From Candidatus Poribacteria bacterium (GTDB lineage: Bacteria; Poribacteria; WGA-4E; GCA-2687025), in assembly GCA_963665845.2 (NCBI GenBank), contig OY762492.1, forward strand, positions 2,528,001-2,592,000: DNA of 64,000 nucleotides, written 5' to 3'. Each line of letters starts with the position of its first letter. The stretch's first letter is position 1. The notes beneath the pieces were generated by a model. The model ran no database searches and was not told the DNA's origin. It worked only from the letters and a program-made list of their open reading frames with translations. Both the position numbers and the translations under genes were made by a program. Positions 56,177 to 64,000 of this stretch are shown piece by piece.

Positions 56177-59100
56177 TCACCGCAGCGCGACGATGATGAC
56201 CGCCGCCGCGGCCGCCGTTGTGATCGCAAAGCGCAGCAGATTCGCCGCGTTCGCAAATCCGCTCGACACCTTCTCCGACACAACGCGCGTCGGAACGATG
56301 ATCGTATCTCCCGGCGACAGGCTCTTTAACTGATCCGACCGCGTGAAACTGCCGTTCACATGCGCCACATAAATCCGCTCCATGTCGGCGTCCGCGGAGG
56401 CGCCGCCGGCGACTTCGATGTAGTCGTTCACGCTCAACCCTTTCACGTATACGGTGGCGATATTCGCCGGCACCGCGCCCGTAACGGCGATGACATTGCG
56501 CAGCTTCGGCACATGAATCACATCGTTCGGCTCCAGCAGCAGATCGCGCTCTCCGCCCGGACGACTCAACGCTTCCGGCAGGTTGATCACAATCCGTCCG
56601 ATCGGAAACATCTGCTCAATTTCACGCGCGGGAGTCACCAAACTAACGGACGGCGTCCAATCGGACGCGCCGGCGCCTTCCAGTATCGGAGCCGCCCCGC
56701 CGCCCAGAACGCCCGCCGACGCCGACGCAATATCGGTCAACGAATCATCGATGCCCTGCGGCTGAATTCCCGCCTCATACTGCGCCTTCGCCGCCTGACG
56801 CAGATACTCCTGATTCGACAACAGCTTCTGAACCTCCCACACCGTTTCAATCGATTCGCGCTGCGCCTCGTCCAAAAGATGCTCCGGACGGCGGCTCATA
56901 GACGCCCCCTCCAGATACGCCGACTCGGTCGTTCCGCCCGCCCGTTTGACGATGTCGCTCAACCGATCGTCCCCCTCCAGAACATACGAGCCGGGAAACG
57001 CCACCTCGCCTGTTACCTTCACCGAACGCGGGACCTCCTGAAACGTCCCGCTCTTGCGCACCGCCGCCACATCCCCCGGCTCCAACACAAGATTATGCGC
57101 GGGATCGCCCGCCATCGCCGCCTCAAGATCGACCCGCACAATCGGCGACCCTTTCTCCTGGCGCGCATGGGCGATCTCAACCGTCTTGCCGTAACCCGGC
57201 GTCAAACCGCCCGCCAGCATGATCAGGTCTCGAAGCGTCATACCTTCAAAATACGGGTAGGTATCCGGACGCTGAACGGCGCCGTACAGCTGCGTCGTTT
57301 TTTCTGGGCTAAAGACCGCCTCGCGCATTGTCCAGACGCGCACCGCGTCGCCGGGGCGCAGCTCCAGGTCGGCTTCGGCGTCCCCAGCGAGCGCCTTTTC
57401 CAGATCGATGGGAACGGCGATGCGGTTTTCATAATCGTCCAGATACCGGTACAGATCGGCGCGTTTGAGATAGGCGTTCGGCATGACCCCGCCCGCCTGA
57501 AACAGCAGCATGGAGACGCGCATGCCGTCCTGTATCGGATAGCTTCCGCCGCGCTGGACAGCTCCAACCGCCTGCGCCTCGCTGGGCGGGCGCCATTTCG
57601 TTTCTCCATAACCGTAAACGATGATCTCGTCCTCCGGCATGAGCGTTATGTCCGCCTCCCCGCCGACCGACAGCGCGCCTTCCAGGTCGATGACCAGCGC
57701 CGATTCGACGCGCGCATGGCTCGGCGCCTTCCGCAGAAGCAGCGCCGTCGGTTCGCGTTCCGCTTTGGCGCCGCCGGCGCGCATCAGGGCGTCGCTGACG
57801 CGCATATTTTGGGTGAAAGGCACCCACCCCGGCGACTGAACCGCGCCCGTAACCTTCACCGACTGCGGCGGTTCCCAGACCGCCTCGTCATAACGCAGAA
57901 TCAACAGCGCGTCGCCGTCCCGCAGGATCGGATCGTTTTTGTCCAGCTGAAGCAGGTTCACCGGCTCGCTGAACGCCAGCCGATTCTGAATGTCGGCGCG
58001 CAGAAGCAGGGCGCGCTCCCGGTAAGCGTCCGGCGCCGGACCGCCCGCCGTCCGCAGCAGGTCCGAGACGCGCATGCCGTCCGCGCGCGTGTAATTCCCT
58101 GGACGCTTCACCGCGCCCTGCGCCGCGATGGTTCGCGCAGGGGCGTCCATCGCGTCCGTCTCCGCATAGACGGTCAGCCTGTCGAACGGCTCAAGCGGAA
58201 TGTCCGCGTCCGCGCCGCCCGACAAAGCGTCTTCAGGGTTGACGGGAAGGAGCGTCAAGGTGAGTCCGTCCGCGTTTCGACGGAACAGATCGGCGCGCGC
58301 CCGGTAAGCCCCCTCCCGCAAACCGCGCGCCGCCTTGATCAAATCCGAGACGCGCATGCCCTCCTTCAGCTCATACTGCCCCGGGCGCTTCAGGTAGCCG
58401 GACGCCTGAACCGTGTTGACAGGCTCCGACAGCAGCGGGTGGATCATAATATGGTCGCCGTCCTGAAGCGGCGGGAGATTGGACATGCCGCCCGTCACAT
58501 CTAGGTTGAGAAGTATGCGTTCCGCGCCGCCCCGCGCCGAGTCGACCTGAACGCTTTTCGCAAACCCGCTTGGGCGAATGCCGCCCGCCATTTCAAACAG
58601 CTGCGCGTAATGCTCCCCCTCCTTCAGCTCGTAGATGCCGGGGCGCCCCACCTCGCCCTGTATGGACGCTTGCCGTCCGACCGGCGCAAAATAGATCAGG
58701 TCGCCGTCGCGCAGCGGCTGCTCCTGATCCGCCTTGCCATGCAGCAGAAAGTCGTACATATCGATCTCTATCGTCTGCGCGCCGCGCTTCAAGAAGATTT
58801 TGCGCATGGAGCCGAGATCGTTCGGACCGCCGCAGATTCGAAGCAGGTTAAAAAGAGACGCCGCCGAGCTCAACGCATACGACCCCGGCAAATACGCATG
58901 CCCCGCCACCGCCGCCTGCACCGTTTCAAGCGACTCGAAGGTGACGAACAGCTTCGTGTCGGAGTAGGTTTCGCGCGCCGTCAATTCGCGCAGCATCTGC
59001 TCCACCTCGCCGAGCGTCTTGCCGACCACAACGAGCCGTCCGTGCGGCGGCGCGTTCACTTCCCCCTCCGGCGACACCGCAAGGCGCATCCGCTGCGGCT

Positions 59101-60490
59101 CCAGATTGCCCGCCGCCGACCACCAAACCGCGCGGAGAACATCCCCCGGCGACACGATGCGCCGCTGCGGGATATTCAAAAGCGCGTTCGAGTCGAGCTG
59201 GTCAAGCGGGCCGATATAGCCTGTCACCGCATTTCGAAGAAGCGTTTCAGGTACAAGCGCCGGCTGCGGAGTCGGCTGAGTCGGTTGAGTCGGCGGAACA
59301 GCGCCGGTTCCTGAAGGCGCCGTCCCTGGCGTCGGGGCGGGGGCGGGAGCCGTTCCCTGCGCCGCTTCCAGTTCCAGCATTTTGATTCGGCGCGCCGTCT
59401 GTCGAATGCGTTCGCGCCCCGCTTCAAAAAACTCGTCCCCAAACCGCCGCAGCGTCAGGCGCGATTCGTTCATCATCTCCATGCGCGCTTCCCGCCGGGC
59501 GCGCGCGCGCATCGCTTGATCGGCGTTCGCCGGCTGTTCAGCGCGCATCGTCGGAACGATGAGTATGTCGCCCGGCTCCAGCGTTTCAGGGTTGCGCTCC
59601 AGCGTTCCGTCGCGCCGGGCGGCGTAAACCCGTTCGATCTCTCCGTTTTCGGTCGCTCCGCCTGCGAGGCGGATGTAATCTTCCGCCGTCAGCTCCGGCT
59701 GAAAACCAAACGCCCCCGGCCGCTGCACGGCGCCCGTTACCAGTATGCGCTGCGGCGCGCCGCTCCTCTCCGACGGCTCGGCAAAGGGGCGAAGCTTCGG
59801 CGGCGGCGCCTGACCCTCCTCAAGCGGCTTGAACTGCGCCAGTACCGCGTCCCCCGGCAAAATCTGCGAGACCCGCTCGGCTCGAAGCAGTTGTCCGTTT
59901 GGACGAAGAATCCATAGCCCGCCAATGTCCGCCTCGGCTGAAAGACCGCCCGCCGCGTTCAGATAGTCGCGCAGCGTCCATCTCGGCTTATGATGAACCC
60001 GTATCGGGCTGTTCACCGCCCCGGTGATTCGCACCCGCCGCTCGTCCATTGATTGCGGCAGCGCAAGGCGCGGTCCCCCCGCCGTCTCCTCTTCAGGCAG
60101 CGGCGACAGCTCCGATTCCAACGTTGACAGTTCCAAGATGCGTTCCCCGCCCGAAAGCGGCAACCCAGGCGTCAACGGCAGGATCGTTCCCTCCAGCGTC
60201 GCTATGCGCACATTGTCTTGGACAATTTCAGACGGCTCCGCGCCGGCGAAAAACAGGTAGTCCAGCGGCGTCAATTGCTCCTCAAAACGGAACCGCCTGC
60301 CGCGCTCCGCGCCCTTGACCCAGACAAACACATACGGGCGGAGCGCCTCAAGAGACTCGGCGGACGCCTCCGCAATTTGCGGGCTTGCCAGCGCTTCGAG
60401 CGGCGTCTGGTCTTCAACGCCGTTCTCCTCCGCCGCGCAGAACGCCGCCGCCAACATCACACATACAGACGATATGAACCGCCGCCTCAA
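56177..60490 (-). CDS. Polysaccharide export protein with many SLBB domains
   Basis: Signal peptide; repeated V.GAV..PG.Y....GMRVSDL...AGG units; Poly_export-like PGDVL segment; C-terminal hydrophobic helix. Confidence 0.88.
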   Translation of the reverse strand: MRRRFISSVCVMLAAAFCAAEENGVEDQTPLEALASPQIAEASAESLEALRPYVFVWVKGAERGRRFRFEEQLTPLDYLFFAGAEPSEIVQDNVRIATLEGTILPLTPGLPLSGGERILELSTLESELSPLPEEETAGGPRLALPQSMDERRVRITGAVNSPIRVHHKPRWTLRDYLNAAGGLSAEADIGGLWILRPNGQLLRAERVSQILPGDAVLAQFKPLEEGQAPPPKLRPFAEPSERSGAPQRILVTGAVQRPGAFGFQPELTAEDYIRLAGGATENGEIERVYAARRDGTLERNPETLEPGDILIVPTMRAEQPANADQAMRARARREARMEMMNESRLTLRRFGDEFFEAGRERIRQTARRIKMLELEAAQGTAPAPAPTPGTAPSGTGAVPPTQPTQPTPQPALVPETLLRNAVTGYIGPLDQLDSNALLNIPQRRIVSPGDVLRAVWWSAAGNLEPQRMRLAVSPEGEVNAPPHGRLVVVGKTLGEVEQMLRELTARETYSDTKLFVTFESLETVQAAVAGHAYLPGSYALSSAASLFNLLRICGGPNDLGSMRKIFLKRGAQTIEIDMYDFLLHGKADQEQPLRDGDLIYFAPVGRQASIQGEVGRPGIYELKEGEHYAQLFEMAGGIRPSGFAKSVQVDSARGGAERILLNLDVTGGMSNLPPLQDGDHIMIHPLLSEPVNTVQASGYLKRPGQYELKEGMRVSDLIKAARGLREGAYRARADLFRRNADGLTLTLLPVNPEDALSGGADADIPLEPFDRLTVYAETDAMDAPARTIAAQGAVKRPGNYTRADGMRVSDLLRTAGGPAPDAYRERALLLRADIQNRLAFSEPVNLLQLDKNDPILRDGDALLILRYDEAVWEPPQSVKVTGAVQSPGWVPFTQNMRVSDALMRAGGAKAEREPTALLLRKAPSHARVESALVIDLEGALSVGGEADITLMPEDEIIVYGYGETKWRPPSEAQAVGAVQRGGSYPIQDGMRVSMLLFQAGGVMPNAYLKRADLYRYLDDYENRIAVPIDLEKALAGDAEADLELRPGDAVRVWTMREAVFSPEKTTQLYGAVQRPDTYPYFEGMTLRDLIMLAGGLTPGYGKTVEIAHARQEKGSPIVRVDLEAAMAGDPAHNLVLEPGDVAAVRKSGTFQEVPRSVKVTGEVAFPGSYVLEGDDRLSDIVKRAGGTTESAYLEGASMSRRPEHLLDEAQRESIETVWEVQKLLSNQEYLRQAAKAQYEAGIQPQGIDDSLTDIASASAGVLGGGAAPILEGAGASDWTPSVSLVTPAREIEQMFPIGRIVINLPEALSRPGGERDLLLEPNDVIHVPKLRNVIAVTGAVPANIATVYVKGLSVNDYIEVAGGASADADMERIYVAHVNGSFTRSDQLKSLSPGDTIIVPTRVVSEKVSSGFANAANLLRFAITTAAAAAVIIVALR

Positions 60491-60628
60491 TAGACACGCT
60501 CCCGGAAATCACAATATATGCCCTATCATAAGCGCAACGGGGGCAGTATGCAACCCGCCGTCCTGAACGGCAGTACGCCCATACGATGATCTTCATTTTT
60601 TAACCCTAAAGCGTCCGCGCCGCCCGTC

Positions 60629-60689
60629 GTCATTCCCGTGAAAACGGGAATCTTAGGCGTCGCAGACGCCGTCCATATGGCGTCTGCGA
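60629..60689. repeat. ATTCCC-N8-GGGAAT palindrome plus second hairpin
   Basis: gtcattcccgtgaaaacgggaatc; tcgcagacgcc...ggcgtctgcga. Confidence 0.75.
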
Positions 60690-60799
60690 TCAACATCATC
60701 GCATGAGCGTACTATCTCCTGAACGGCAGCCCTGCGCGCTTGCCCCGTCCGCTTTTTTTTGAGACAATCTCCCGCGTCAACGCCCGGAGGAAACGCCCC

Positions 60800-61816
60800 A
60801 TGAACGCCCTAGAGATACAGTTTGCGGAGCCGTATCAAGCGGAGCTGCGCGAGATAACGCTCCCTGCGCCGGCGCCGACCGAGGTACTCATCCGCGCCTT
60901 ATACAGCGGCGTCAGCTCCGGCACCGAGCTTGCCGTCTATACCGGCATTCATCAGTGGCTCAAAGACCCCGATTATCCGGAGTGGCGCTTTCCGTTCCGC
61001 GCGGGATACAGCGCATACGGCGTCGTTGAGGCGGTCGGCGCGGAGGTGTCGCGCGCGTCGCCGGGCGATTTGGCCGCCTATGCGGGCAGGCATGCTTCTT
61101 TCGGCGTCTATCCGGAGGAGGCGGTCTGGCGCGATCCATACGGCGCGCCCCCGGCGGCTGCCGCCCTCGGATGCGTCGCGCGGTATGGATGGGGGGCTGC
61201 CGCCCGCGTCGGCGCCGTCATGGGAAAAAGCGTCTTTGTGATGGGACTCGGCGCGGTGGGGCAATTCGCGGCGCGTTCGTTCGCCGCGGCGGGAGCCTAT
61301 CCGGTCGTCGGATTGGACCCGTTTGAAAACAGGCGCAAGGCGGCTCTCCAGGGCGGCGCGTCCGCCGCCCTGGACCCGACCGCGGACGAGTTTGAGGCGC
61401 AGGCGTCCGCGCTGCTGGGCGAGGCGCGCGCCGATCTGGTCGCGGACGCGACCGGCTCACCCCAACTGACGATGAAAGCCGCCGCGCTCACCAAAGACGG
61501 CGGAACATGCGTCGTCGTCGGCTCGCCGCGCGGACTTGCGGACGGCGTCAACTTCTACCCCGACCTGCACCGCCGATGGATCGAAATGGTCGGCGCGCAC
61601 GGCGACTTTCTATGGTCGCCGACCGCCGCCGCCCTCGGATGGAACGTCGACAAGGCGATGGACTGGATACTGGCGCACATGGCGAACGGACGGCTCAACG
61701 CGGACGGGCTGCCGTCCCGCATCGCCGACCCGCGCGTCGCCCAGGATGTGTATGAACAGCTGCTCAACCGAAAGGGAGAAGCGGTCTGCGTTTCCTTCGA
61801 CTGGTCGCGCGTTTGA
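60800..61816 (+). CDS. MDR-family (zinc-binding ADH-like) dehydrogenase
   Basis: SGVSSGTE, FPFRAGYS, GLGAVGQ, DATG. Confidence 0.85.
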   Translation: MNALEIQFAEPYQAELREITLPAPAPTEVLIRALYSGVSSGTELAVYTGIHQWLKDPDYPEWRFPFRAGYSAYGVVEAVGAEVSRASPGDLAAYAGRHASFGVYPEEAVWRDPYGAPPAAAALGCVARYGWGAAARVGAVMGKSVFVMGLGAVGQFAARSFAAAGAYPVVGLDPFENRRKAALQGGASAALDPTADEFEAQASALLGEARADLVADATGSPQLTMKAAALTKDGGTCVVVGSPRGLADGVNFYPDLHRRWIEMVGAHGDFLWSPTAAALGWNVDKAMDWILAHMANGRLNADGLPSRIADPRVAQDVYEQLLNRKGEAVCVSFDWSRV

Positions 61817-64000
61817 AGCGGCTGTGCGCTGTCGCCGTTTTATGGACGGCGGCGCTTTCCGCCGGCGCGTTCGCGTTGATTCAGAACGGCGCTCCCGCCG
61901 TATCGATCAGCGTCGGACCTGACGCTTCAGCCCCAGAACAGAGCGGCTCCTACGCCTTACACAGCTTCTTTCTCAAAGCGACGGGTCAGGCGGTCATCGC
62001 TGAAACGGCAACTTCAAGCGAAGCGCGGCATGGCATAATCGCTGTCGGAACGCCTGAAACGCATCCGCTCATCGCCCGTCTTGTCGAGGAAGGCAAATTA
62101 ACCTTAAAACAACAAAACGGAGACGGGCTGGGCGAAGGCTATCTGCTCCGCGTTATGAACGAGAACGGGGCGGAATGGATCGCCGCGGCGGGTGAAACTC
62201 CCCGCGGAGCGTTTTACGCCGCCGGCAGGCTTGTTGAACTCGCCCTGGAACGCGCGCTCGGCGTTTCTCCCGTAGACCAAGACTTTCCGGTACTGCGCAT
62301 CGACAACCTAGAGATCGATCTGGACGAGGAGCGTTCCGTTCCGTTTTATCCGATACGCATGACGCTGGAAAACGAAAGCCCCGGCTGGCTTGGCAAGATG
62401 CGGGTCAACATGAGCGGCGCGGAGGGCGTTTGGACAGGCACCGGCATTGACGACGGCATCGGCGCCGCCGCGCAGTACGTGCTGGCGTTTGAGAGTTATC
62501 AGGACAAGCCGCGGGCGAGGCGCGAAACCGATATTTTATCGCTGCGCCGGCGTTTCTGGGAGATGAAGCGGCGCGGCGCGCAGCCGTTTCTTTTTATGTA
62601 TTTAACGGGCGAGCCGACCAAAGCGCTCATACGCGCCCGACCGGACATGCTCGGTCCGAGCGTCCCGTACCCAGCGTCTCGAAACGGCGTCGATTACCGC
62701 CCGTTCTGCTGGTCAAACCCGGATACGCTCGCCTTTTTTGCGGAGCTGTCGCGCGAAATCGCCTTGACCTATCCGAACCTCGCAGGCTTTCATCTGCGCG
62801 CATGGGGGCGCGAAACGCGCGCATGCGAATGCGACGAATGCGGCGGCATCGGCGAACGGGCGCAGGAATTGCTCTGGAACGTTCTGGAAACGGTCATCGC
62901 CGCGGCAAAATCGGCGCGTCCTGATATGCGCTTTCTCGTGTCGGGGTACAACCGCTCCTGGCTCAAAGACCCTGACGGGAAGCGGCTGCGCAGGCTCCCG
63001 CCGGGAACCGTCCTGCTGCAGAAATGGGGCGCCGACGGAGAGCCGACCGCCGACCCCGGCATCGACCCGGCGCTGCTCCAGCGGATCGACGCGGCGGGGC
63101 ATCGGCTCGTTGTCCTGTCGCATGATGTGGAGGAGACGCAGCCGCTCTGGATGCTTGAAGCGGAGCTGTTTGCGCGGGGCGTCCTGCTTTACGCTGAAAA
63201 CCCGACCCTGCGCGGGCTGGGCGGCTTCACGCTTCAAGGGCAAACCGGCGCCCTGCGCCTAGACAAGCGGCTCTCGGCGCGCATGAACTGGCAGCCCTCG
63301 CTCAAAGCGCTGACGCTCATCGACAACATCTTGGCGATACGGTACGGGCGGGAGGCGGGCGCGCATCTGGCGGCGGCTCTGCGCGGAAACGCGCGCGCTT
63401 TGTCCGACTTTTTTTTAGATTACGCCGGCATTTTGACCGCGACGGGCGGCTATCGGCGCGGCTCCAAATGGTTTGCGACCCGCATGTGGGACCTGTTCGG
63501 CGAACCGGCGTTGACCGACATATTGAACCTGCCGGACGCGGAGGCGGCGGAGTATGCGGCGCGCCGCCTCGGCCAACTGCGCGCTTTACAGGACCCGGCG
63601 GCGCAGGCGGCGCGGCGCGCGGCGTTGACAGCGGCGGCAGCAGACGCGCAGCTGGAGGATGCGGTTCGGTTGATGGAGGCATGGGCGTCCTATTTTGCGT
63701 GCAGAGAGGCGCTGGCGCAGGCGGCGCGCGTCGGCTTTCAACCCAAAACAGACGAGCCGCTTCTCATGAAACGCATAGCGGAGGCGGAGCGGCTGCTGGA
63801 GCGGACGCGCGTCCTGCTGGACGCGGTGCAGGTCTACACGCCGCTGATTCACATCAGCGCGGACGGAACGAAGCGGGAACTGCTCTCGCGCATTGAGGCG
63901 GAGCAGTCCTATCTGGCGCGGTTCGACGCCCGAACGTTGATACGGCCGACAGACCCAGGGGAGGAGCCGTTTCTCGGCGCGTTTGAGTTGACCGACGCGC
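61813..64000 (+). CDS. 3'-partial secreted glycoside-hydrolase-like protein (GH20/GH67-type N-terminal domain, DUF4838-like)
   Basis: Absent from the ORF track, consistent with running off the edge; my translation gives TTG-MKRLCAVAVLWTAALSAGAFA, EGYLL...AGETPRGAFYA, FCWSNP, CECDEC. Confidence 0.7.
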   Translation, partial: MKRLCAVAVLWTAALSAGAFALIQNGAPAVSISVGPDASAPEQSGSYALHSFFLKATGQAVIAETATSSEARHGIIAVGTPETHPLIARLVEEGKLTLKQQNGDGLGEGYLLRVMNENGAEWIAAAGETPRGAFYAAGRLVELALERALGVSPVDQDFPVLRIDNLEIDLDEERSVPFYPIRMTLENESPGWLGKMRVNMSGAEGVWTGTGIDDGIGAAAQYVLAFESYQDKPRARRETDILSLRRRFWEMKRRGAQPFLFMYLTGEPTKALIRARPDMLGPSVPYPASRNGVDYRPFCWSNPDTLAFFAELSREIALTYPNLAGFHLRAWGRETRACECDECGGIGERAQELLWNVLETVIAAAKSARPDMRFLVSGYNRSWLKDPDGKRLRRLPPGTVLLQKWGADGEPTADPGIDPALLQRIDAAGHRLVVLSHDVEETQPLWMLEAELFARGVLLYAENPTLRGLGGFTLQGQTGALRLDKRLSARMNWQPSLKALTLIDNILAIRYGREAGAHLAAALRGNARALSDFFLDYAGILTATGGYRRGSKWFATRMWDLFGEPALTDILNLPDAEAAEYAARRLGQLRALQDPAAQAARRAALTAAAADAQLEDAVRLMEAWASYFACREALAQAARVGFQPKTDEPLLMKRIAEAERLLERTRVLLDAVQVYTPLIHISADGTKRELLSRIEAEQSYLARFDARTLIRPTDPGEEPFLGAFELTDA

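Noticed and set aside
56360-58504. 714-aa plus-strand ORF
   Set aside because: Antisense shadow of the SLBB gene; no motifs

Overview
High-GC bacterial chromosomal window, probably from a Candidatus Poribacteria-like or related host-associated lineage (inferred from the C-terminal protein motif, an ECF-sigma fusion and a cytochrome c/WD40 protein; not confirmed). Housekeeping and metabolic genes include glgP, hflX, uxaA-like, mdh, radC, ispD-ispF-cysS, hemB, a tricorn-type S41 protease, a very large SLBB export protein and a tRNA-Thr/Tyr/Gly cluster. Three candidate systems stand out. (1) Seven signal-peptide genes from three unrelated families end in the same motif, V-(D/A)-(P/S)-x-(G/V)-K-x4-W-(G/A)-x-(L/I/V)-K, which looks like a lineage-specific C-terminal sorting or secretion signal. 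(2) Two single-chain amino-methyltransferase-HNH fusions have very similar flanks and divergent, AT-richer central target-recognition segments. (3) A coiled-coil McrB-like NTPase plus a DUF2357/PD-(D/E)XK nuclease follows the tRNAs. Intergenic DNA is full of an ATTCCC-N8-GGGAAT palindrome, two MITE-like families and short local duplications, some of which copy gene starts or promoters. I found no CRISPR array, rRNA, integrase or transposase. All family calls come from motif recognition by eye; no database search was run.
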